NCBI RefSeq assembly: GCF_004010195.1
Contig: NC_057731.1
Coordinates: forward strand, 17,946,720-18,010,457
Reading direction: 5' to 3'
Source of the DNA: Chiloscyllium plagiosum
Taxonomy: Eukaryota
Length of the DNA stretch: 63,738 nucleotides
Below the pieces are notes generated by a model. That model worked only from the letters and a program-made list of their open reading frames with translations. It did no database searches and was not told the origin of the DNA. The position numbers and the translations under genes were made by a program. The stretch's first letter is position 1; every line of letters starts with the position of its first letter. Of the stretch, positions 39,249-51,349 are shown piece after piece.

Positions 39249-40324
39249 AGGGATGGGCTATTAAGTGCTGGCCAGCCAGCGACGCCCACATCCCACAAAT
39301 GAATAAATAGAAAAACTATGTTATTGTTGAATATATCAAGGTAAATCTTTCAGTGCAGGGGAAAATGTAAACAGTCAAGCTAGCTTGCAACCGGTGGGAT
39401 ATTTTTAGATTTGAGCCTAAACAAGTGAACAGTAACTTCACTTCTGAAAACTGTGAAAGACAATTGCATCTAGCTTACCAGTTGCAGCAAAAGCATAACC
39501 ACAATGCCTGGGAGTTTTATAATTAAACCTGGGATCTTTCTGCCTTTTAAAATTTCCTTCTGTTGCTTGAATTGTCCATGTACCTGGATTATTTTCCTTC
39601 ATTTCCTTCTAAATTTTGTTCATCCACCACACTTGGCAAGTATGATGAGGCGTATTGCTCAATGAGTTGGTTACTGAGAGACCTTGTGGGCAGAAGTTCC
39701 AGGTATAAAACTAACCTGTTGTTGAGGGTGGCTCAATATATTCGAACAATCTGAAATACAAAAATAATGGTTTGTCACAACATGATCCTTTTCCCAATTT
39801 GCTTCTGCATATTGCTTTGACTAAAAACTCCCATGAGTCAGCAAAATAAATTGAACCCCTAGGAAAGTCATTATTGTTGGCAGGATACAGGTGAGTGGAG
39901 GCTGGGAATTTGTAAGCAGAAATCAGGAGCTACTTATTGTTTCTAATCTACAGCAAAGAACCACTGCAGTCATATTAGAATTAGATTGTATACTGGTACC
40001 ATTTTCTCCCACTCCTTTTTGTGAGTCGATCTTATTAATGATGTAGCATGTACAGATCAGGTGCCAATAGGTCTTTTTCCGTGGTTATTTCATTAATTCC
40101 TTTTCTCCACAGATTTAAGGAAACCTGCTTGGTGTACAAATTTGTTTCTGCTCTGCCAGGATCGATGTGATAGGGCCAGCAAGATAATTCAGTTGTATCT
40201 CTCTCAACTGTTAATTGGAAAGTCAGATTAGCACTACTGACATTAAAGAGGCTGGGCAAACCTCTGGAGAACATCTAGTACATCACATCTCCTGCTCCTG
40301 GAAGAGGATGTAGGTTTATCTTTT

Positions 40325-40816
40325 CTAGAATCCTAGAATCCCTACAGTGTGGAAACAAGCACTTTGGCCCAACAAGTCCACACTGACCCTCTGAAGAGTA
40401 AGCCCTTCTTCAGGAATCAGGCTTATGCCCGAAACGTCGATTCTCCTGTTCCCCCTGGATGCTGCCTGACCTGCTGCGCTTTTCCAGCAACACATTCCAG
40501 CTCTGATCTCCAGCATCTGCAGACCTCACTTTCTCCTCTGAAGAGTAACCCACCCAAACCCATTCTCTAATACCCCTGACTAATGCACCTAACCTACTCA
40601 TCCCTGAACACTATGGGCAATTTAGCATGGCCAATTCACCGAACTTTGGACTAACAATTGTTGGATTGTGGGAGGAAACCAGAGCACCTGGAGGAAACCC
40701 ACGCAGACACGGTGGAATGTGCAAATCCACACAGACAGTCGCCCAAGGCTGGAATTGAATCCAGGTCCCTGGCACTGTGAGGCAGCAGTGCTAACCACTG
40801 AGCCACCGTGCTGCCC
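40325..40816 (-). mobile_element. HE1-like SINE interrupted by a Penelope-like insertion
   Basis: tRNA head rc (gctaaccactgagccaccgtgctgccc), HE1 body and (ctagaatc)n tail. Confidence 0.88.
40402..40534 (+). mobile_element. Penelope-like family A insertion with a short 5' inversion splitting the hammerhead
   Basis: TSD cctctgaagagtaa at 40388-40401 and 40535-40548; gcccttcttcaggaat (inverted CUGAAGA half) precedes ggcttatgcccgaaacgtcg. Confidence 0.85.
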
Positions 40817-42299
40817 ATGTTGTCATATGTTTGACACAAAAGTGTGGAGAGCATAAAGGCTGACAACTACAGGGTACCATGGAAACATCACCATTTGACT
40901 TGGGAAGGGACAAGTGGCCCTTTCCACCAGCATTGAAAGTACCAAAGGAATGGCTAGAGTAGTTGATATAATCGCATTCTGACTCATGTAATGGCTTTAC
41001 CACAGCCCTTTGAAACTGGATTGTCTTTTCCAAAATCATAGATTTCTATTTTTATAAAAATCAATAAACATTTAATGGTTTGGTCCTCCCATTATCAAAT
41101 GCAAACTCACCAGATGCAAAGCTAGGTCGACCTACTGGCCTCAAAGTCACCAAAAGAAAATTGCAGAGAGGAGGATATAAACTTGGCACACAATAAAGGC
41201 AAATAACTTAAGATATTTGATGCTCATATCCTAATTTCTATTTTAGAATTTTGTAGCTTCCAGTAATACTCTTTGCCTTCATTTTACCATCCAGTTGTCC
41301 TTGTTTCCAGAAAAGCTACTTTGAGAATAATTCCTGTAAATTCTGTTTGTTTTATTTCAACCCAGTTCCCTTTTCAGTTGTGTGGGTCCAGCAGTTCTGA
41401 CTTTATAAGTGAGTAATTTTCACTCCTTTTAATCATCATCTTGCTGTTCATAATATCAGCCACTAACAGTGAACCTCAAAACAGAGTCCACTATATTACT
41501 GACACAAATGGTGTTATCAGAATATCCACATGGCTTCTGTCAAATGGGCTAAGGCATTAATTTAACAAAGATGCATTTTTAGTACCAACAAACGTGTAGA
41601 CTGTAAGTTTATTTCTCATCTGTTTGAGGCAGAAATCGCTTTGATTTCACACAGTGTGGTCCTGTGAGATGGAACACTTTATTTTGCCTTCCAGCCTGAT
41701 GACAGAACAAATTCAATTGATTTTTTTTAAAAGAATGAAAGGTAGCTTCTATTAAATCAATTGAGGATAATGTTGTACACCATATGATTAATGAGTAATG
41801 GATTTAGAGTCTGAAAGTACTGTGGGCGCAATGGCTTTGTAGGGGCCACTGGTGGTGCAGGCAGAAGTTGTAAGTAGGGGCTGAATTTAATGGCTTTGGC
41901 AGTGACCCAGTTAACGACCAGAAAAACAGTGATAATCCCATTTCTGGGAACCACAGTGGAATTAAATTCCAATAAGCTGCTCTCAGCCTGTTACTGAGAT
42001 TCCTTGGCTTTTGGAAGCAAAGGTCCCACCTCCAAGTACTGCTCACCACTTTGGGGTTTGGAAGCTCATTAGTCACAGCAGCACCACCAATGGGAATGTG
42101 TCCATTACTGGAACTGTGCTGAACCCCTGGGACCATGAGCAGAAGCTAGAGGAGGGGTAAAAGGTGCAGATTTACCAAGGCCAGTCAGACACATCCTCCA
42201 AGGAAACAGATGGGGGAGGAGGGGTCCATTTGGAAACTAGAGTTGGGGCCTTTTAGTAAAAACTACTATGCACCTAGCTGGACTATGCCCATCCTAACG

Positions 42300-42319
42300 C
42301 CCCCCCCCCCCCCCCCCCC
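42300..42319. repeat. Poly-C run (C20)
   Basis: Direct observation. Confidence 0.9.
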
Positions 42320-42509
42320 AAAATTGACCTTCTAAAGACCTCCCTTGACCCTAGGATAGTTGGGAAGACCGACTTCAGACTTCTGAATTCATTGGGGGAT
42401 TGTCAGGAGGGTGAAGGTCATACCATCCATATCTTACAGCCCAATTTAAATGTCCTTCTGTCTGCTATCCAACTATTGGGTGGCACAGAGAATTAAGTTC
42501 CATCTGGCG

Positions 42510-43060
42510 TTTAGGCCACTTTTGGAATACTGTGTTCAGTTCTAGTCTCCTCACTATAGGAAAGATGTTATGAAACTCAAAAAGGTTCAGAAAAGATTTA
42601 TAAGGATGTTGTCAGGGTTGGAGAGTTTGTGTGATGGGGAGAGGCTAAGTAAGGTGGGGCTATTTTCCCTGGAGCATCCGAGGTTGAGTAGTGACTTTAC
42701 AGGTCATGAGGGGCATTGATGGGGTAAATAGTCATGTTTTTTCCCAAGGATAGGGGAATCCAAAACTAGAGGGCATAGGTTAAGGTGAGGGAAAAGATAT
42801 AAAAGGGACAAAGGGGCAACTTTTTCCACATAGAGGTTGGTGCATGTATGGAATGAACTGCCAGAGGAATTGGTGGAGGCTGGTACAGCTTCAACATTTA
42901 AAAAGTGTTTGAAAGAGTATGTGAATAGGACGGCTTTAGAGGGGTATGGGCCAAATGCTGACAGAAAGGACTAGATTAATTTAGGATACTGGGGCAGCAT
43001 GGACAAGTTGGACCGAAGGGTCTGTTTCTGTGCTGTACATCTCCATGACTCTGTGACTCT
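42510..43060 (+). mobile_element. CR1 3' fragment
   Basis: RPLLEYCVQF...KTRGHR remnants and a (catgactc)-type tail. Confidence 0.85.
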
Positions 43061-43855
43061 AGTGTGTTCTTTGTTCATCCCGTATTAAAGGATTAATTAG
43101 TTTTGCAAAAATATACTTTATTCAGAAAATTTGCAAATGAATTACAAAAAATATATAAATGTAAACATTACAGGACTTACAAGAAAACTTAACTCGTACA
43201 ATTGTAGTGGTCTTTCTATTTAACGTGCCAGGTATGTGCAAGGAAGAAAACACCAGACCCTTCCCCACTACAGCCAACCTTGAGGGGAATATGAAGAGGG
43301 GTGACACTTTAGGCATGTATGAAGGATCTGATGGGAAGGTCTTGCTCCAACAGTAGACAATATTAGGAATTTGTGCCTGGAATACTGCATAATGTTTGGA
43401 CTCCTTCCTTCAGGAGGAATACACTTCTGTTGGAAGCAGTTCACAAAAGTTTCACTCAGAAGGGTGAATATGGAAAAGGTTGAAAACATAGGCCTATATT
43501 CACTGGAGTTTAGAAATGAGAGGTGACCTTATTGAAACCAGAGGCTAAGAATTCCACAACAGGTAACTCGGATTCTGTCTCCCCATGCCCTGCCCACCAT
43601 CTAGAAGGTACATGTTAGGAGTGTGATGGAATACTCTGCACTTGCTTGGATGAGTGCAGCTTCACAACGCTCAAGAAGCTTGATATCACCCTGAAAAAAA
43701 AACAGCCTGCTTCATTGATATGACACTCATTCACCACCACCATCAACATTCACGCCCTTTACCATGATGCAGAATAGCAATGATGGGCACCATCTACAAG
43801 GTGGAGTGTGCACACTCACTCAGCATCTTCCAGTCATGGAACCTTAACCACTGGG

Positions 43856-44242
43856 TGAAATAACAGAGACGAGTATCTCTAGTCACCAAGGCACCCTTTA
43901 TTGACTTGTGGAGAGTCCTTGACACTGATCCAGCTTCCTCAGAGCCAGCTCCGAGTGAACAGAGCCTCTGACATAGGAGACAGTGAGGTCTGTAGTTACA
44001 GGAGATCAGAGTTGAGAACGTGTTGCTGGAAAAGCACAGCAGGTCAGGCAGCATCCGTGGAGCACAAAAATTGATGTTTTGGGCTGGAGTCCTTCATCAG
44101 GAATGAGGCTGGGAACCTCAGGGGTTGAGAGTCTCTGACATTCCTATATATCTGTCAGTCAGATTGGGGTAGTTAATCTCATTCAATCAGGGAATTTATA
44201 TTCAATGAGATCTACCTGGCTGACCTAGTTAAAATCACTACA
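43856..44242 (-). mobile_element. Solo LTR of the same Gypsy family as 13703-22037
   Basis: Inverted homology to 21805-22037, with termini tgaaataac...cactaca. Confidence 0.8.
43975..44127 (-). mobile_element. Penelope-like family A insertion inside the solo LTR
   Basis: TSD agag(c/t)ctctgacat at 43961-43974 and 44128-44141; degenerate hammerhead rc. Confidence 0.8.
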
Positions 44243-44849
44243 CCAAAAGGCATGAAGGCAGCAGATGATGGCAACAGCACCATTATCAAGTTCCCCTCTC
44301 CAATCCACTCACTATCCTGACTTAGAATTATATCATTGTTCCTTCACTATCATAAGGAGAACCTTGAGGAACATCCTTCCCAGAAGCACTGTGCGTCTCT
44401 TTATACCTCATGCAGCTGTTCAAGAAGGCAGTTCACAACCACCTTCTCTAATCTAGAATAGGCAATAAATGGTGGTCTAGAAAGTGACACTCACTCACAT
44501 CCCATGAATGTATTTAAAAAAGTTCCGATGGTGCTTGCCTGGGTGGATTCTGTGAGGGTGTTTCCTCTTATAAGGAACTCAGAATCTGAGCTGCTGAATC
44601 ATAATATTGGGTGTCCCCTTTAAGATGGATACATGGAGAAATTTTCTTCTGAGGGTTGTTAATCTTTGGAAATTCACCATTGCAGACTGGAGAGGATGCT
44701 GAGTCGTTGAATATACAAAAAGATCATGGGAAAGGGTTGGGGTGGAGTTAGGAAAGTGAAAGTAAGTCCACAATCAGTCCCACCTGAAGTTTATAGAATG
44801 GAGGAGTATATCCAATGGGCTAAATGGCAAACTCCTAATTCTTTTCTTT

Positions 44850-45120
44850 TAATTCATGAATGGGATGTGGGCTTTTCTAGTTAGGCCAGTATAACCCCAT
44901 TGCCAAGAGAACAGTTAAGAGTCAACCACATTACTAAGGGTCTCGAGTCACATGTAGAACTGCACTTTCATTCCCTAAAGGGCTTTAGTGAATCAGATCA
45001 GTGTTTCCTAACAATTGACAATGGTTTCATAGTCATCATTAGACTTTTAAGTCCAGGACTTGAGACCAGATCCCTAGAATACTTCCTTGGTTTCTGTATC
45101 AATAGTCTAATGATAATCCC
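44850..45120 (-). mobile_element. tRNA-derived SINE, same family as 59699-60050
   Basis: cagttaagagtcaaccacatt...gagtcacatgtag is the reverse complement of the 59699 body. Confidence 0.7.
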
Positions 45121-45977
45121 CTTATCCTAATCCGGTTTCTTACATTGTCCTTAGTCAATGTTCTTTGAAGTTTCGGTCCCGTTATTTCGATTTCTAAACT
45201 CCTGAGCCAAATATAGTTACTTATTTACTCTCATCAGAGTAATGTCGCTCACCACAGCTTCTAATCCCAATTCCTCTTACTCACCAGCATGTCACCCAGT
45301 AAATGCCATTCTAATTACTTGCGGCAAGTTGCCGCAATGCGTTGGGAAGTGACAGTGATTGAGGTCATGGATCTGGCAGCAGCTTCCCCAGTAGAAGTGC
45401 CAAGCCAGCCTTTTCCTGCATAGTAACCCATATAATGTGAAACACAGAGGAGGTCGCTTAGCTGGCTGTACAATAGCATCCAAGAATTAGATGCTGATTA
45501 TAATGACACTTCCATTCCTTGTGAAAGCAAACAAATCTGAAACTAGCAATAATCACTATTTTGTAGTTTCTTAAAATCAATCTTCTGCTCCCAGTTTCCT
45601 TTTAAACTTACAATGTCCCAGGAGTTTTTATGCATATCCTTCCTTTTTCTATGGACTTATGGATTAGAAGCACCATCTGTCCACTCCTAACTGCGTTTGG
45701 CTGCTGGTTGAAGGCAATATTTCGCATCACTCGCATACTACATGCTCCTAGAGTTATTTCTATTCTTGACAGAGAGCCCCCATTAAAGTGAGTGAGCAAT
45801 TGCCAATGGTGCAGCAGGGATATGACATTGAAATACCAGAACATCCTGTGAGGCAAAGGGGAACTTCCTAAATGTCAGAGAAAAAACTCTCACTGAATAT
45901 CAGCAAGTAAAGAGCTTGCAGATCCTGGACAAGCAGAAGAAGCATTAGTGCCACTGTCAATTTTTGGCATTCTTGTG

Positions 45978-46014
45978 TTTGTCCTGATGAGTGCAAGATG
46001 AAAAGCTTCAGCAA
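45978..46014 (+). ncRNA. Degenerate hammerhead-like motif, family E
   Basis: tgtc CTGATGA gt gcaag at GAA AAGCTT C agca; hexanucleotide palindrome, with stems I and II eroded. Confidence 0.4.
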
Positions 46015-46039
46015 AGTATTTTTTTTTTAGCAACATTTA

Positions 46040-47035
46040 AATTGTGTATGACTGCACCACTATTAATAAATGGATGATCCTGAATTGGTATTGGAATCAA
46101 TCAAGAATAATGAGACTTGGTGATGGTTTGTCAGACTACTTCACAATCAAAAGAGGACTTCACCAAGAATGTGATTTGTCCTCAAAACTGTTCATCATGT
46201 TCATTGGAGCTGTCTGCAGGCACATAGAGCATCAACTAGATTGCAATTTTGGGAAGATTGGATATCAACCACTTGAAATTCACAAATGGCACTGCAGTGA
46301 TATTTGAATCAGAACAGGATCTATTGGAAATTGTGAACTAAGTGGAAACAAGGAGTGTGGAACATATATTAAGAATAAATGTAAAGAAGACTGAGATAAT
46401 GACAAAAAACAGAGACCTAACTCTAGAAGGACAAATTGAAGTGCATTGCCAAGTCCTGGGATAAATGAAAAATTTTATGCATCTTTGGCAGATCATCACA
46501 GATGATTGGAGAAATGATTGCAAGATCCAAGAAGAGTTCAGAAGCCCAGTTTTTAGATGGAGGATATTCAAACATCAAAAATATCCAACCTGAATCTTAC
46601 AAAAAGATTGCTGAGGTTCTACACATTGTCATCTAGGTATAAGACCAGGAGGCATGAGCAGGAATCAAAGAGACAATTGATAAGACAAATTCAATTGAGA
46701 TGTTTCATCTTGGAGAATGTTCTGTTAATTTACATGGGAACACACACGAATAAAGAGATACTGTAAATGGCTAGAGAAAAGAGGAAATCAAGTGGAAAAC
46801 ATTTAAGAGTAAGATAATACATTTTGGTAATGTCATTAGACGAGGCTATTAACAGAAACAATTATGCAGCAAAAGATCAGTGGAAAATTTAGCAGAAGAA
46901 GGCAGAGATAAAAAATGGATGAGACATAAAATTAACTAGTTGTGGCTGAGTCACATTGATGGCAACACAGGACAGATAAAGATGGAGAACAATGGCAGTC
47001 AATCTTCTGGAAAAAGAAATGATACCAATGAATTA
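46040..47035 (+). mobile_element. Degenerate RTE-clade LINE RT and 3' fragment
   Basis: WYWNQ...LSDYFTIKRGLHQECDLSSKLF (cf. RTE GVRQGCxLSPxLF), INVKKTEIM. Confidence 0.75.
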
Positions 47036-47389
47036 AGCGATAGAATCACCAACAATTGGAACACCTAGGCCATTGAACTTCCAGAATGCACAACACAACT
47101 ATTACCTGTGGCATTTGACATTTGCACTACAAAACAGAACAAATATATGCAATAAAAGCTTGAGGAATAGGAGCAGGAATAGTCTCCTTAAACTTGTTCT
47201 ACCATTCAATATTATCATGGCTAATTCGATCTTGGCCATCCACCCCACTTTTCTGCCTGTTCTCATACACCAAACAATACAAGTCAAAACTATTGGAAAT
47301 TTCCTCCTAAAGATAACAATTTAATCTCAGCAATCAAGCTAGTGATCTTCTCCGAACAACCTCTCATATAATTACATCCTGCTTTAAGG

Positions 47390-47503
47390 TGGGTTCCTGT
47401 GGTGCAATGGTAGTGTCCCTTCACTCAGCTTGGAGGCCTGGGTTCAAGTCCCACCTTTCCCAGATTATGTACCGTAACATGTCTGAACAGACTGATTTAA
47501 AAA
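47390..47503 (+). mobile_element. Short tRNA-derived SINE
   Basis: A box tggtgcaatgg and B box gggttcaagtccc; no complete cloverleaf. Confidence 0.55.
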
Positions 47504-48134
47504 CAAGTATTCCCCTTTAAATAAGGAGACAATATCTGTCTACAGTACGCTAGATGCAGTCTCACCAACATCCTGTACACTTGCAACAAATCTTCTCTAC
47601 GTTTATACTCCATGCCCTTGCAATGCTACTTACTAATTACTTGCTGTACCTGTACGCTAATATTTTCTGTTTCATGTGAAACAGGGAGCATTTAATACTT
47701 AACGATCCATGTCACATTTTTATTTATGTACAAGTATCACAGAAGCTGTGGTCATGCAGCACAGCTTCAGTTCCTGCCTCAGTGACTTACAAAATATAAA
47801 TATTTGTTCTCAAGTCTTACTCAGTGCCAAGATTAGTTAATGTCAAATTTTAGTTTGTAATACCGCATTAAGGCACAGAAAACATTTTTGATGCTTTGCT
47901 TGTAATTTTAGCTCTGGCAGTGTCTCCAGGACGATAAATGTTTTCAATCTGACACTTTCTGCCTACCTTTATAGTTGACATACTTTACTGTGGAAAGTCT
48001 GCTTCTCAATCATAGAATTGTGGATAAAATCAATGGAAGGGAAAGTTGGGAATGATGTAAAATGGTTGGTTGAATCGTTATTATCCATTTCTTGCCAGCT
48101 AAAGTCAAGCTGACCCCATTCACTTAAGGTGAAG

Positions 48135-48290
48135 TAAAGAGGTTCTTGAGTATCAAGGGTATCAAGGGTAACAGGGAGAAAATGAGAGAATAGGGTTGAG
48201 AAACTTATCAGCCGTGATTGAATGGTGGAACAGACTCGATGGGCTGAACGGCCTAATTTCTGCTCCTATGTTTCATGGTCTTATGGTCTT
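48135..48290 (+). mobile_element. CR1 3'-tail fragment
   Basis: gatgggctgaacggcctaatttctgctcctatg plus a (tcttatgg)n tail like the 5947 element. Confidence 0.8.
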
Positions 48291-48437
48291 ACTTTTACAG
48301 TGCTCCCTTTTCCTTAGTGGGTGCATTCTGTTCAAAACTCGAGAGGACTTTGATGTGCAATTTCCTCATATATATTCAATACGAAGGATCTGCAACCATT
48401 TTTCATTTGTATCATGCAGTCGTGAATGGAAAAAGGT

Positions 48438-48584
48438 CATGATGTCGAGGTGCCGGTATTGGACTGGGGTTATTTGAAATCACGAACTGAAGTCACTTCA
48501 CCTGATGAAGGAGAAGCGCTCCAAAAGCTTGTGATTTCAAATAAACCTGTTAAGACTATAATCTAATGCTGTGTGACTTCTGAC
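48438..48584 (+). mobile_element. Penelope-like family B element with inverted 5' end and mutated hammerhead
   Basis: cacctgatgaaggagaagcgctccAaaagcttgtg at 48499-48533, preceded by the inverted family B end catgatgtcgaggtgccggtattggactgggg. Confidence 0.75.
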
Positions 48585-48834
48585 AGAAAAGAGTGAATAA
48601 CCCCCATGTTTCTTGTATCGGATAAGATAATGTATACCTCAGACCATTTGCTTTAATATTCACTAAAGAGCAAGCACAGGCCAGTTATCATTTCTGTATA
48701 TTTTACAAAACTACAGGTTTGTTCACAAAATATGCAAGAAGGTTAAACCTAATATGCTTGAAGTAAATTGTGGAACTATTTGGATATTGCATTGAATTTA
48801 GACTTAATAGCATGGTATTGACCCCAAACACTGT

Positions 48835-50624
48835 GAGCTGAATCTTATGACATTTTGGTTGTTGTTTTTGTTGAAATTCACAGAGGAGTCCTCTTCATGA
48901 AGCCTAATGCAAAAAAAACCTCATTATTATCCCAAACTTGCCTCATTAACTACCTACCCTGCCCCTTTGACACCCCTCTTATCTGATGCTATCCCAATTC
49001 ATCCACTCACAATAGCTGGAAGTATTTGCCACAGTTGGGATATTCTAGAATAGACTACTTTAAACAACCATTATGCACTTGCCACCATCTTTAAACAGCC
49101 ATTGTGCACCTGGTGAAGCACCATCAATCCAGAGCTGGCCTGTGTGACTTGTGACACTTGCAGGCAAGTCAAGGGGCAATTGGCACTCCACTTTGTGGGC
49201 AGGGATCTCAAGATCCTGGTGGACAGAGGAGGAATGTCCTCTTCCCACAAGACAGCAGAGGAGGCCACAATGCCAGATGCTGCCAGCCTGGTCAAAAGGC
49301 TACCACCCAGGTCAGATCCATGTCAGTCATCTGCCCAGCAGTGTATGAAGAAGCTCAATGATCTTCTCTATACCAGGGTAAGTGCCACTATCTTCTCCCT
49401 GCTACAATGCACTCACTCTGTCTCAATTACTGCACACATCTCCCAGGAAGCTCATGCTCTACCATTCTTACTATTGCCTGCAGCATCTCTCACTTGTTCT
49501 CACCCTCCCAATTGCCTCACACCACCAACCCTGTGTGATCATTGTGCTGCCTATGCACTCGCTCAGAACACCTCACAAGCTGGCTCCCACCTGCCCCAGC
49601 AGTAACAACTTGCATCTCACTACCTCTTTCCCTTTGTCTCACACCAGGAACAAACAAAACACAATCGGGTAGAAAAAGCTAGGACAGGTGGTCGACATTT
49701 GGTTCCTCACCCGCTGCATCAAGGTTATTCTAACCAAGACCCCTCTGATAACCAAGTGACTGTGCTCAAACCCCTTGACTTTCTGTGCTAGGTCCCTTCC
49801 TTGACTTGACCAAGGACTTCTCTCCTTAGACTTTGAGAATTAGCCATTTGTTTGAGGCACCTGCAGTCTGTTTGCTGCATGAGCTGCAGCCACGTGGTGA
49901 GATTACCTACAGCAACATTGTCACTCTCTGAACTGATGACTGCATACAACCATGTTGCGTCTTGGCTTTACCTCTGTGTTAAAAGGCAAATCCACACAGA
50001 TATATTGTGTACCTGTGAGTGCTGGCTGAGGGGTCAACGTGTTACACAGCAAGACATGACTGTAAGCATCCAGGTAGGTATAAAGTGAATGAGCACAAAG
50101 AAAATAAAACACGAAACCCTGAGATGCTCTCTGGACCAGTCTGAGAGCTTGGGTGCCTGTCCCTGCTCTCAGAGTACTCTTGTAGCAGCTTTGCACCAGA
50201 TTGTGTGCCATTAGGTGCATTCCATAATGCAGCACTGAAGTGCAGAAATGGACTGTAAGTGGATTTGAAGCGGTTGCTGGTCTGGAGCATGCCCTGAGGT
50301 GATTGTGCCAGGGTCCAGAGGAGCAAGTGGTGAGTTGTCAAGTCATCAAGTGCCTACTCTGACTTTGGTATTGAGAATTCACTGTATCTAGTTTCTCTCC
50401 ATCAGAGGATTTGATTACTGCTGTGGGTGATAATAAGTGATAATTCCTGTTAATAGGCATCATACCGCTTACTAGCATGAATCTCGTCTTGAAGTCTGGA
50501 GCTCAGTTGGAAAATGTGATTTGCTGCTCCCAATGTTGGGAAAGGCCTCAATTGACTTCTCATCTAATTCTTCCAGATTTCTTGTCATTGCCCACGTCAT
50601 TCAGGGGCCTAGAAGATTCCACCC
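48835..50624 (+). mobile_element. Probable PIF/Harbinger DNA transposon relic with a Myb/SANT-like domain
   Basis: Frameshifted pieces LHFVGRDLKILVD / RRNVLFPQD / PAWS / SAQQCMKKLNDLL fit the transposon Myb/SANT-like pattern; imperfect TIR-like ends gagctgaatctt (48836) and aagattccaccc (~50612). Confidence 0.55.
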
Positions 50625-51349
50625 GCTGAGACTATTCACTCTTGGAATCTTATGCAGTTTCTGCAGGAGTCAAATCAGGATCCTAATCTCGTGCAGTAAT
50701 GTCATTTTCACATCTCTGACAGTGCACTGTGTATTGAAGCTGAAGCTGCAGTATCAATGTATCAGAGAGGTTTCTCAGCCAGAACTGATATGATTTTCTC
50801 TAGACTTTAAATTTTGGCTGAAACTTTCTGCTTATCAATGTAAAGGATAACAGCTTTCATTTCCATTTCCCATGCTAGGCATCTTTGCATGCTTTCAGAA
50901 TAAGATGGCCAATTAGTACTGAAATATCAGCAGCTTTTTGAAGTGAATTCATGCCCGTTAAGAAATAGATGTGGACTTTCAAACTGATTTCACTTGGGGA
51001 CCTTTTACAGTTGTCAGAAAAAGGAGAATATTATTGCCTGAGTTCAGAGTAGATTGGAACACAGTTCCCAGGGGCATGAAAAGAATTATTTTATAGAGCA
51101 ATGGATGTTTTTCAGTATGGGAGCATTGGTACTGAAAAGTGTTTGTTTTTCCCAACCAGTAACATAGTTTACTGTGTATTAGCCAAACTGGCATATAAAA
51201 TGACAATTATTTAGTGCTAGAATTCATGTTTGTGTACATATGCAGCATTTAGTTCAATTAAACCTTTACAGCCATACTATACTATACTTATATTAAAAGC
51301 CAGCTTCGATTTTACACCCTGCAAATGGACATTTTATTTACTGGTACTT

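Larger units (their letters stand above)
43600..44520 (+). mobile_element. LINE 3' fragment (CR1/L2 group) interrupted by a solo LTR
   Basis: VRSVMEYS.LAWMSAA remnant; 3' end ggcaataaatgg...catcccatgaatg. Confidence 0.65.

Noticed and set aside
48426-48470. MEKGHDVEV resembling the missing DNTT exon motif GHDVD
   Set aside because: It is created by the junction with a family B repeat end (catgatgtcgaggtgccgg); there is no DFLIT continuation or suitable acceptor
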